In this document: positions 1-10,650 of the stretch, piece by piece
How positions within the stretch are numbered: the first letter of the stretch is position 1
Layout: every line of letters starts with the position of its first letter
From: Mobula hypostoma
Taxonomy: Eukaryota
Direction of reading: 5' to 3'
Length of the DNA: 64,000 nt
Assembly (NCBI RefSeq): GCF_963921235.1
Contig: NC_086097.1
Location: 179,926,001-179,990,000, forward strand
Notes under the pieces: generated by a model
Told to the model about the DNA's origin: nothing
Databases searched by the model: none
What the model saw: only the letters and a program-made list of their open reading frames with translations
Made by a program: the position numbers and the translations under genes

Positions 1-345
1 CCTTTCAGCTAGAAGGGAAGACTGGGTTTGTCTGGTAATCTCACAATATTTGTAAAGTACCTAGATGGTCATTTGAATCACCAGTAAGTCCACAGACCAG
101 GTACTGGTAAATGGGATAATGATATCTGGGTACTTGATGTTCGGCATGGATACCAGAGCAGAAATATTGGACCAGAGCAAAATTTGCTGCAATTCCTTTT
201 CACATTTACCTGATCCCTGTTTACATTTGGATGCATTCATTTTTAAAGAAGCCCCATCCAAATATTAACAATAACAGCGTCTCTAGAAGGCAATGCTTAA
301 TTAATAGCAAAATTGTTGGAAATCTTAAACACAGGATGAGGCTTT

Positions 346-1502
346 CCTTTTCAAGACATCAGAGATGGCCCTCCTTCTTCAAAGTGTACAAGATAGGACA
401 CACACAATGAATGATGTGGAGTGTCGAGGAGCAGAGGTACATCGGCGTTCAAGGTAGGACACACTGCGTATGGTGTATCCCTTCTTTCACCATTGATGCT
501 GCCCTCACCCGCATCTCCTCCATTTCCCGGACATCTGCACTCACCCTATCTTCCCACTGGTTAGAGTTCCTCCGGTCCTTACCTACCACCGCATGAGCCT
601 CCGCATCCAACATGTCATTCTCCACAATGTTTGCCATCTCCAAAGGGATACCACCACCAAACAGATGTTTACTTCCCCTCCCCCCAACTCTCTGCTTTCT
701 GAAGGGACTTCTCCCTCTGTGATTCCCTTGCCCACCCCGACTAATCTCTCTCCCAGCACTTATCCCTGCAAACGCCCCAAGTGCTACACCTGCCCACTCA
801 CCTCCACTCAGTGCCCGAGGCAGCCCTTCCAGATGAGGCAATACTTCACCTGTGAGTCTGCTGAGGTCGTCTATTGTGCATGGTGTTCCTGATCCAACCT
901 ACTCTACACTGGCGCGACCCATTGTATACTGGGGGGGGGGGTGCTTCGTCAAATAACTCTGCTCCATCCACCTAAAGCGGAACTTCCCAGTGACCCATCA
1001 TTTTAATTCCCACTCCCATTCCATCATGTCGGTCCATGGCCTCCTCTTATGCCATGATGAGGCCACCCTCAGGGTGGAGGAGCAACACCTTATATTCCGT
1101 TTGGGTAGTCTTCAGTCTGATGGCACGAATATCAATTTCTCTTACCAATTAAAAAAAATTCCATCCTCCTTCCCTCTTTTTTCTATTCCCCCTTCTGGCC
1201 TTTCACCTTTTCTCCTGCCTATTACCTCCCCTGGGCCTTTCCACCTCCCCTTTCTCCTATAGTCCACTCTCCTCTCCTATCAGATTCCTTCATCTCCAGC
1301 CCTTTACCTTTCCCACCTACCCAGCAACACCCATCACCTTCCAGCTCGCCTCCTTCCCCTTCCCCCACCTTTTCATTCTGGTACCTTCCTGTTTCCTTTC
1401 CAGTCCTAATGAAGGGTCTCAGCCCAAAACACCAACTATTTATTCATTTCTATAGATGCTGTCTGATCTGCTGAGATCCTCCAGTATTTTGTGTGTGTTG
1501 GC
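346..1502 (+). mobile_element. Penelope-like element (PLE), degenerate 3' fragment
   Basis: CKRPKCYTC...FQMRQYFTCESAEVVYC (Zn-knuckle/GIY-YIG region), pyrimidine-rich 3' UTR, decayed hammerhead tail near 1400. Confidence 0.85.
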
Positions 1503-1857
1503 AAACTGCTTAGCTGCAAAATGTAATTTAATCTTCTTCATGTAATGAATGATGTCATTTAACCCCACACTGTGAATATTATTTTACTTCATGGAAAATT
1601 AAACTACTACTCCTATGGATAAGCAAGGCAAGGAGGAACAACACATGAGTCCACAGACTCACATGTCTTCACAAGTCCAAAGGTGTTAACAGGAATTAAT
1701 AAATAGAAATGCCTTGCTCAGTTAACTCTTTCCCTGCCACAGTCTGTTGTGAGATTATATCTAGTAGCACTAAGACGCACTGAACTCTTGCAGGTAAGAT
1801 AGGAGTAACACAAAGTACTGCAGATCAACCCAGAGAAGTGTGATGTGACACACACGG

Positions 1858-2725
1858 GTGGAGTTCATCCATAGATCCACAAAAGTTGATAGTGTGGTTA
1901 AGGAGATGTAGGGTGTGTTGGCCTTCATTGTCAGGGGATTGAGTTCAAGAGCCGTGAGATAATGTTGCAGCTCTATAAAACTCTGGTTAGACCACACTTG
2001 GAATATGGTGTTCAGTTCTGGCCACCTCACTATAGGAAGTATGTGGAAGCTTTAGAGAGGGAGCAGAGGATACTTACCAGGATGCTGCCTGGATTAAAGA
2101 GCATGTCCTATGAGGAAAGGTTGAGTGAGCTAAGGCGTTTCTCTTTGGAGCAAAGGAGGATAAGAAAGGTGACTTGACAGAGGTGTACAAAATGATAAAA
2201 GGCATTGATAGAGTGGACAGCCAGAGGCATTTTCCCAGGGTGGAAATATGAAAGATGGTGAATCTGTGGAGGCCAAGTCATTGGGTAGAATCAAAAACAG
2301 AGGTTGATGGGTTAATGGGGCATTAAGGGTTACAGGAAGAAGGCAGGAGGACAGGGTTGAGAGGGATAATTGAATGGCAGAGCAGACTCAATGGACTGAA
2401 TGGCCTAATTCTGCTCCTATGTCATATGATCTCATGGAGAGAGCATAACTTTAAGGTGATTGGAGGAAAGTATAGGGAAAGGGATGTCAGGGGAGATAGG
2501 TGTTCTATACAGCGTGGTGGATGCATGGAACACACTGCCAGAGATGGAGGTAGAGGCAGATATATCAGGGATATTTAATAGATTCTTAGATAGGCACCTG
2601 GGTGAAAGTAAAATGGAGGGCTATGTAGAGCGAAGGATTAGATTCATTTTAAAGGCTAAAGGGTCGGCACAACACCGTGGGCTGAAAGGCCTGTACTGTG
2701 CTGAACTGTTCTATGTTCTATGTTC
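1858..2725 (+). mobile_element. CR1 LINE 3' fragment(s)
   Basis: LYKTLVRPHLEYGVQFW...WNTLP ORF2 C-terminus and ttctatgttctatg tail. Confidence 0.85.
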
Positions 2726-2973
2726 ACTGGAGGAACTCAGAATGATCAATGGAGGGAAATGGACAACAGTGTTTTGGGATGAGATCCTTCATCACTCTGC
2801 TAGCCTCCCCAGATGCTGCTTGACCCAGTGAGTTTCTCCTGCGTTTTGTGTGTTGCTCCAGATTCCAGTGTCTGCGACCTCTTGCGTCTCCAGTGAGACA
2901 GCAGAGCCCGTCCTGACACAGTATTCACCAAAGGTTTGGCTGCTCGTGCTGAATATAAATTGTAATTACTCAC

Positions 2974-3036
2974 TGTAGTGAGGTCCAGGTGTTGGAACCA
3001 TGGTAACCGGACGGGGTGTGGTGTAAAATGGACCCC
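2974..3036 (-). CDS. LAMA3: LAMA3 exon 11 equivalent (63 bp), Pro/Thr-rich linker after LE3: (G/R)GPFYTTPRPVTMVPTPGPHY
   Basis: Acceptor ctttgttctttcag, donor A|GTGAGT, phase 1 to 1. Size and low-complexity character match the short post-LE3 linker exon recalled for human LAMA3. Confidence 0.75.
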
Positions 3037-3439
3037 CTGAAAGAACAAAGGTTCATCGTTGATTAGGTTAACACAGAACACACAAGACGACAGGGACAGG
3101 AATCGGCCACCGAATTCCCAGCACTGGCACCCCACTCATTATGACTGTGGCTGATTTGCTCCTCGCTTCAACATACAGCCCTCACTCAATTCCCCATCTT
3201 TCCAAACACACACAGTCTAAGTGTCTGGCAAAAGAACTCTGTGAGGAGTGTGTGTTGTTCAGAGAGAGGGAGGAAGTATCATTGTCACAGGGAAAGAGGA
3301 CAGGGATGCCTCAGGAGTGAAATTTGCAAAGACTCTTGCACCTTACTATTTTCCTGCACAGCACTCTCTCTGTAACGGTAACACCATTCCCCCTGCTGTT
3401 GTTTTCTATTTGAGATTGTGTGACCTAAGCCCAAGAAAT

Positions 3440-3690
3440 TATTTTTATTTAGAGTTACAGCATGATAACAAGCCCTTCTGACCCAACGAGCACATCCCAC
3501 CCAATTACACCCATGTGATCAGTAGCCTACTAACCCACACATCTTTGGAACGTGGGAGAAATCGCAGCACCCGGAGGAAACCAATGCGGTCACCGGAAAG
3601 ATGGACAAACTCCTTACAAGCAGAGGCAGAATTGAATCTGGGTCACTGGCTCTGTAACAGCACTGTGTTAACTGCTGTGCTACCGTATCA
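3440..3690 (-). mobile_element. V-SINE (tRNA-derived, HE1-like)
   Basis: Minus strand carries the V-domain-like core ggtttcctccgggtgctgcgatttctcccacg. Related copies near 13040(+), 24770(-), 45851(-) and 59300(-). Confidence 0.7.
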
Positions 3691-4152
3691 CCCCATTTAT
3701 ACCGTTTGTGGCCCTTATATACAGAACGATCTGTGTGGATGGCACCCAGACAAAAGCTTTTCACTGTATCCAGGTGTATGTGATAATAATTATCCATTGC
3801 CAGTCATGAAAGACAGCCACTAGTAAATCCAGGAGAAGCTTCTTTACCAAGAATTGGCTGGAATGTTGAACTCACTCCCACCAGGAATGGTACAGGGGAA
3901 GAGCAGAAAGTGTGCGTAATTAGGTTAAACATCTTTGAGGAGGAAGGACAGTAGAGCAAGGAAGGGTTAGGCCGAATATTAACTCCAACATGGGGTGAAA
4001 GTCCTTCCCACCACACTGCCTGTTTCCACAGCTTGTCCTGGATTTCAGTTAGTACTTGGCCACACACAGAGGTCCAAGGCCAAGTGGACACTGATCCCCA
4101 GCGGGCCCATCTCCAGTTGTGTGTCTGTGCACGGGAGGCAGGCACGGATTAC

Positions 4153-4236
4153 CTGCGTGACCCCGCATATCATACCCCGGAGAGCGGCTGATGTAAGAAC
4201 CACCAGATCTCGTCCATGTTAACACTATCCCTGGTT
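4153..4236 (-). CDS. LAMA3: Candidate additional LAMA3 linker exon (84 bp): (Q)PGIVLTWTRSGGSYISRSPGYDMRGHA(G)
   Basis: Very strong acceptor tccttcctttttctccttcctcag, donor CAG|GTAATC, phase 1 to 1, stop-free, CpG-rich like neighbouring exons. I recognise no homology. Confidence 0.6.
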
Positions 4237-4289
4237 CTGAGGAAGGAGAAAAAGGAAGGAACACCTCAGAGTCATTTTTCTTGGGAATT

Positions 4290-4800
4290 TATAATTGGTT
4301 TATTATTATCATATGTACTAAGATAGAGTGAAAAGATTTTGTTTGTGTGCCATCCATACAGATCACTTCATTACAACAGCGCATTGAGGAAATACAAGGA
4401 AAACAATAACAGAACGCAGAGTAAAGTGCGACAATTACAGAAAAAGTGCAGTGCAGGCAGACAATATCAGGCAAGGCCATAACAAGGTGGATTGCAAGAT
4501 CAAGAGTCCATCTCATCATTCAATGGTCTTATAAGAGTGGGATGGAAGTTGTTGTTGAGCCTGGTGGTACATGCTTTCAAACTTTGGTAACTTTTCCCCG
4601 TTGGGAGGGAAGAAAAGAAAGAATGTCCAGAGTGGGTGGGGTCTTTGATTATTTGGGCTGCTTTCCCAAGGCAGCAAGATGTAGACAAAGTCCGTGGAGG
4701 GAAGGCTGATTTCCGTGATGTGCTGAGCTGTGTCCAAAAATCTATAATTTCTTGCGGTCATGTGCACAGCAGTTGCCACACCAAGCTGTGATGTATCCCA
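4290..4800 (-). mobile_element. Rex1/Babar-clade non-LTR 3' fragment
   Basis: IIKDPTHSGHSFFSSLPTGKSYQSLKACTTRLNNNF is a typical Rex1 C-terminus. Confidence 0.75.
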
Positions 4801-4981
4801 CAGATGCGCAGGTTGGTAGGTTAACTGCCTGCGGTAAGTTGCCCCTGGTGTGTAGCCGAGGGGAGAAATGGGATGAATGGGGATTGGTGTTTGCGAGTCA
4901 GGGAGAAGAGGATGGGCCAAAGGGCCTGCTTCGGAGCTGCACGGGTCTGTCACTGAGCACGGAGGAAGGTGCCATACGTAC

Positions 4982-5113
4982 GAATGCACTGGGGGAAGTT
5001 GTAGTGTCCTGGCGCACAGCGGCTGCAGTCTGGCCCACTGAACAGTGGTTGGCACCGACAGGCCCCTGTGGTCTCGTCACAACCCTCAGCAAATTCCGGG
5101 TTACACCTGCAGG
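4982..5113 (-). CDS. LAMA3: LAMA3 exon 10 equivalent (132 bp), LE3: (A)CRCNPEFAEGCDETTGACRCQPLFSGPDCSRCAPGHYNFPQCI
   Basis: Acceptor tcttctgctcttcag, donor C|GTACGT, phase 1 to 1; complete 8-Cys LE module. Confidence 0.94.
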
Positions 5114-5855
5114 CTGAAGAGCAGAAGATACCATATTCAGGATCGATCTTTTTTTAGAGTCAGTCACAGTTCAGCAGTGATTGTCCTGACCTGACCTCAT
5201 TCCATTTCTCTGTGTTTGACAAAATCCCTCGAAACCTATCCTATCCCTGCCCAAAGTCTCGTAAATGCTATAAGTAGATCCTCTCTACGACTAGTTTCAC
5301 ATACCCAACCGTTAAAGTTGCCCTTTAATTCCGCTTTAAATCTTTCCCCTCTCATTTTAAACCTGTGCCTTCTTGAATTTGACACCCCTACCCCAGGAAA
5401 AGTCTGTGAACATCCACCTTATCCCTGCCCCTAATGATTTTATAAACCTCCGTAAGGTCACTCATCAACCTCCTACATTGCAGGGTAAAAAGCCCCTGCC
5501 TATTTAAAATCGTCCCGCACTCCCCCAGTCCTGCACCGGTGGCTCAGACCTCTGTGGGAGAGGGGTTTCAGCCCGAACAGTTCATGCTAACCAGTGTCCA
5601 TCCGGCTAGTCCCATTTTCCTGCATTCAACCCATATCCCTCTAAGCCCTGCCCTTCCATATACCTATCCAAATGCTGTTATTCCACCTGCCTGCCTCAAC
5701 CACTTCCTCCGGCAGCTCACCAACCTCTGTGTGAAAAGGTTGCCTCTTAGGACCCATTTAAATCTTTCCCCTCTCACCCTATACCTATGCCCCCCCAGTT
5801 CTGGACTCCCCTACCCTTGGGAAAAGACTGCCTACTTCATCTACACCTCTCATAA

Positions 5856-6434
5856 GGTTGTTATAGCTGGGGTGGTAATGGGGATAAGCTCCCACTACCT
5901 ATTAAATGCTCCCAGTGGTGTCCGCCTCAAATAGCCTCTGATAGCCAAGACCAGCTTCTGGCCTTCACGTGTGCCTCAGCTACTACACCCAGCGGAACCG
6001 TTTCTACTGACAGGAGAAGGGGCAAAGGTGGGTTACTGGCACCTTAAAACCAGTCGCTTCAGGTAGTTGGGGTTTGTCAGACGTGATTGGCAGCTCGTCT
6101 AGGAGAAGGAAAACTCTGATCTCAAGCCTCCGCTGCCTTGCAGCTATACCCACTCATGGGGGAAGGTTCGGGAGTAAAGCCTGAGGGAAAATCAGGAGCT
6201 GGTGTCCCTCAGGCAGTCCGACATTGAGTTCAAAGCTGACTGGCAACTCCTGCAACACTTCTGGTACCAAACAGAATCAGTCCTTTGGGTTCATCGGATG
6301 CGTGGAGAGGGGGAGCTTGCTACATGGGCAACAGTTTGCTCTCCATATCGTCCTGCCCAGGCTCGTGTATCGAGACAGCTCGAACACAATATCCATGGTC
6401 AGCTCTGACTGACGGAGGCCTCAACCACCACAAC
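5856..6434 (+). mobile_element. Non-coding RTE-like (probably 5'UTR-derived) insert within a CR1 fragment
   Basis: TSD cataa at 5851-5855 and 6435-6439; CAA/CCA tail; ctaggagaaggaaaactctgat motif that I associate with RTE 5' regions. Confidence 0.5.
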
Positions 6435-6718
6435 CATAATGTTCAATGCCTCTACACAGTCATCCCACATTCTCCAACAGGCTATCTTAGATTTGTAATA
6501 AGGAAGCATTCGTCAGAGATTTTGTGGTAAAATGTTCCCCTAGGAGGTGATGACCACACTTTGGAGACACCAGAGACTGCAGATGCTGGAATGTGGAGCA
6601 AATAACAAAATGCTGATGGAACTAAGCAGATAAAGCAGCAGAAGAATTAAATACTGGCCATCTCCCCCCTCCAAACTAGCCTGACACAAGGTCTTGACCT
6701 TGCATTCCTTCTCCCCCC

Positions 6719-6720
<2 letters not shown>

Positions 6721-6760
<40 letters not shown>
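6721..6760. repeat. (CA)20 microsatellite
   Basis: Perfect dinucleotide run. Confidence 0.98.
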
Positions 6761-6763
<3 letters not shown>

Positions 6764-7047
6764 GCTGCTCAATTTACTGAGTTCTTCCAGCAGATTGTTT
6801 CTGCTCATGACCAGATGCAGTTTGAGAGTGAACACTATTGATCCACAACCACTGTCCTCAACTTAAATAAGGACATTTACAGTGTTGGAGGAGTAGTCTA
6901 AGGTAGACGAGAAAAATAAGCAAAGAGATAGGTCAGTGGAGAACTGAGACAGGTATTCGAACAGCTGATCCATAATACTCAGTGTGAATTTATCCCAGTT
7001 ATAAACAGGGATAGATGTTTTGGAAATCAAGGAACTGAGCATATGGA

Positions 7048-8764
7048 GAAATACAGAAACATAGAAAACCTATAGCACAATACAGGCCCTTCGGCCCACA
7101 AAGCAGTGCCGAACATGGCCTTACATTAGAAATTACCTGGGGTTACCTATAGCCCTCTATTTTTCTAAGCTCCATGTACCTATCCAGGAGTCTCTTAAAA
7201 GACCCGATTGTATCCACCTCCACCACCGTCACCGGCAGCCCATTCCACACACTCAACACTCTCTGCGTAAAAAACCTACCCCTGACATCTCCTCTGTACC
7301 TACTTCCAAGCACCTTAAAACTATGCCCTCTCGTGCTAGCCATTTCAGCCCTGGGAAAAAGTCTCTGACTATCCACATGAGCAATGCCTCTCATCATCTT
7401 ATTCACCTCTATCAGGTCACCTCTCATCTTCCGTTGCTCCAAGGAAAAAAGGCCGAGTTCATTCAACCTATTCTTATAAGGCATGCTCCCCAATCCAGGC
7501 AACATCCTTGTAAATCTCCTCTGCACCCTTTCTATGGTTTCCACGTCCTTCCTGTAGTGAGGCGACCAGAACTGAGCACAGTACTCCAAGTGGGGCCTAA
7601 GCAGGGCCTTATATAGCAGCAACATTACCTCTCAGCTCCTAAACTCAATCCCATGGTTGATGAAGGCCAATGCACCATACGTCTTAACCACAGAGTCAAC
7701 CTGCGCAGCAGCTTTGAGTGTCCTATGGACTTGGGCCCCAAGATCCCTCTGATCCTCCACACTGCCAAGAGTCTTACCATTAATACTATATTCTGCCATC
7801 ATATTTGACCTATCACACTTATCTGGGTTGAACTCCATCTGCCACTTCTCAGCCCACTTTTGCATCCTATCAATATCCCACTGTAACCTCTGACAGCCCT
7901 CCTCACTATCCACAACACTCCCAACCTTTGTGTCATCAGCAAGTTTACTAACGCATCCCTCCACTTCTTCATCCAGGTCATTTCTAAAAATCACGAAGGT
8001 TAGGGGGTCCCAGAACAGATCCCTGAGGCACACCATTGGTCACCAACCTCCATGTAGAATATGATCCGTCTACAACCACTCTTTACCTTCTGTGATCAAG
8101 CCAGTTCTGGATCCACAAAGCAATGTCCCCTTGGATCTCATGCCTCCTTACTTTCTCAATAAGCCTTGCATGGGGTACCTTATCAAATGCCTTGCTGAAA
8201 TCCATATACACAATATCTACTGCTCTACCTTCAATGTGTTTAGTCACATCCTCAAAAAATTCAATCAGGCTTGTAAGGCACAACCTGCCTTTGACAAAGC
8301 CATGCTGACTATTCCTAATCATATTATGCCTCTCCAAATGTTCATAAATCCTGCCTCTCAGGATCTTCTCCATCAACTTACCAACCACTGAAGTAAGACT
8401 CACTGGTCTATAAATTCCTGGGCTATCCCTACTCCCTTTCTTGAATAAGGGAACAACATCTGCAACCCTCCAATCCTCCAGAACCTCTCCTGTCCCCACT
8501 GATGATGCAAAGATCGCCAGAGGCTCAGCAATCTCCTCCCTCACCTCCCACAGTAGCCTGGGGTACATCTCGTCCGGTCCCGGTGACTTAACCAACTGAT
8601 GCTTTCCAAAAGCTCCAGCACACCCTCTTTCTTAATATCTACATGTTCAAGCTTTTCAGTCCGCTGTAAGTGATCCCTACAATCACCAAGATCCTTTACC
8701 GTAGTGAATACTGAAGCAAAGGATTCATTAAGTACCTCTGCTACCACCTCCGATTCCATACACA
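7048..8764 (-). mobile_element. CR1 LINE, 5'-truncated (RT to 3' end); same subfamily as 38310-42330
   Basis: ORFs 8083..8595, 7632..8036 and 7143..7625 (YRPVSLTS, DFSKAFD, ADDTK); tttctatg tail. Confidence 0.95.
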
Positions 8765-8899
8765 TTACGAACTAAGACACAAAAGGAGTGAAGCCGGCAT
8801 AGATCAGCCATGATTACGTTGAATGGTAGAACAACCTTGAGGGGTTAAATGGCATATTCCTATTCCTATTTTCTATGTCCTCATGCTCTGGAGTAACTG

Positions 8900-9250
8900 G
8901 TGGAGTTGGTACATTCCTCCCTCTGGTACCGCACCCTACCTCCTTCCCTTTATTCCATGGTTCACCATTCTCTCCTGTCAGATTCCATCTTCTTCAAACC
9001 TTTACCTCGTCCACTTCTTAGTCTTTTATATCATTCCCCCCTCCCCTCCCTCACCTGGGTCTACCCATCACCTCTCAGTTCTTGCTCCCCCGCTTCTCCC
9101 CCACCCTTCTGTGCTGGCTTCTCCCCTCTCTCTTTCCAATCTCGGTGAATGGGGTCTCTGCATGTCCATTGCTGCCTGATCCACTAAGTTCCTCCAGTGC
9201 CTTTGTGTGTTGACCCATATCCTGACATCTGCAGTCTCTTGTGTCTGCAT
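8900..9250 (+). mobile_element. PLE 3' UTR remnant
   Basis: Pyrimidine-rich UTR and tail similar to 1150-1500 and 60500-60945. Confidence 0.65.
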
Positions 9251-9531
9251 TTTACTGGGAATCTGGTGAGACTGGGCAGCGCTGACTTTACTGAGAAAGT
9301 GGTGAGATGTGGTGGTTCTATTTTGCTGGGGATGTGAGATTAGGCAGTGCTGGCTTCACATCCTAGTTGGCTTAACTCTTAGTGGAAGTCAGCAGAGGCA
9401 ATATCAGGCTGGGTATAACAACATCTTTTGGCCAGTTCCCTGAAGCTCCCACCTCCACAGCCTGCTGTAGGTTGCCCACGTTGTGCTGGCATAGCGGGTA
9501 CAGCATTGTACGTCCATGAGATGATGCTCAC

Positions 9532-9622
9532 CTACACAGCCATCCGGTGCATCCTTAGGAACTCCTGCCCGCCGGTAATAAAACGGGGCACATCGCTCAC
9601 AGTTCGTTCCAGCTGTGTGGTG
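9532..9622 (-). CDS. LAMA3: LAMA3 exon 9 equivalent (91 bp), LE2: HHTAGTNCERCAPFYYRRAGVPKDAPDGCV
   Basis: Acceptor ttccaatcctctgtgcag, donor G|GTGAGC, phase 0 to 1; lies within ORF 9404..9652. Confidence 0.95.
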
Positions 9623-9794
9623 CTGCACAGAGGATTGGAAACATAAAACCAACAGTTAATGAAACTTCAGCTCCTGGAGGCTCCATCAAGCTGGTGAGAT
9701 GTTAAAATACCAGGTCGTTCAGGACACAACCATACTCTGAGGCTAACAGCTGTTTCTGTCCAAACTGGTCCATTTATCCGGATGTGTCGCACAA

Positions 9795-10650
9795 GGCAAG
9801 CATTTATTTCCTATCCCTTAAGGAAGTGGTGAGCTGCCTTCTTCAACCACTGCAGCCCTTCTAGTGAAGGTGCTCCTTCAGTGATGTTGGGGAGGACTTC
9901 AATCCAGTGGCAATGAAAGAATGGGCAATGTGCTTTCAAGTACGTGACTAGGAGAGGGAACCTGTGGATGGTGGTTCCCTCAACTTGCCCTACCTCTGGC
10001 AGAGGTGGTGGCTTTGGAAGGTCCTGAAGGTGCTGGACAAGTGGCAGATGCACACTACAGCCACTGTGCACTGGTAGTGGAGGCAGAGAAGGAGTGTTTA
10101 GGATGCGTGCATAGCAAGCAGGCTGCTTTGTCAAGCATCCTGAAGATATTTGTCCCTGCGCTCAAGCAGTCAAGTGAAGGGTGTTCCATCACACCCCTGA
10201 ATTGTGCCTTCATGATGGGAGAAATGCTTATGGATGCTGAGTACGTGGACTAACTTTACCCAGGAAAATGGGAAGTGTTCCATCACACCTGGACTTGTAG
10301 ATGGTGGAAATGTCATGCGTTGGATGTTGAATACATGGACTGACTCCAGTCAGTCACACTCCAGACTTGTATATCATGGAAAGGTAACAAGGAGGTCTTT
10401 GAATGCATAGACCAACTCTGCCCAGGTGAGTGGGGAGTATTCCATCACACATGGACTTGTAGATAGTGGAAAGGAAATGTGGTGGTTGTTGAGTGCATGG
10501 AATAACTCTGCCCAGATGACTGGTGAGTATTCCATCAATCTCTTGACTGGTGCCTTGAAGATTCTGGAAAAGCTTCAGGATATCACAAACTGAATATCCA
10601 GTTTATGATGTTTGGTTTTGTAGCCTCAGTGTTTGTCTGACCGCTCCATT
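9795..10650 (-). mobile_element. CR1/L2-group non-LTR 3' fragment with an internal tandem expansion
   Basis: C-terminus GLQWLKKAAHHFLKG. Related fragments near 20440(+), 33045(-) and 52395(-). Confidence 0.6.

Noticed and set aside
61..261. Minus-strand ORF with CKQGSGKCE, superficially LE-like
   Set aside because: It lacks the 8-Cys LE pattern and has no suitable splice sites; probably intronic.
1657..1720. Minus-strand GTGAGT donor-like site after the 63-bp exon
   Set aside because: No convincing acceptor and open phase-1 frame upstream.
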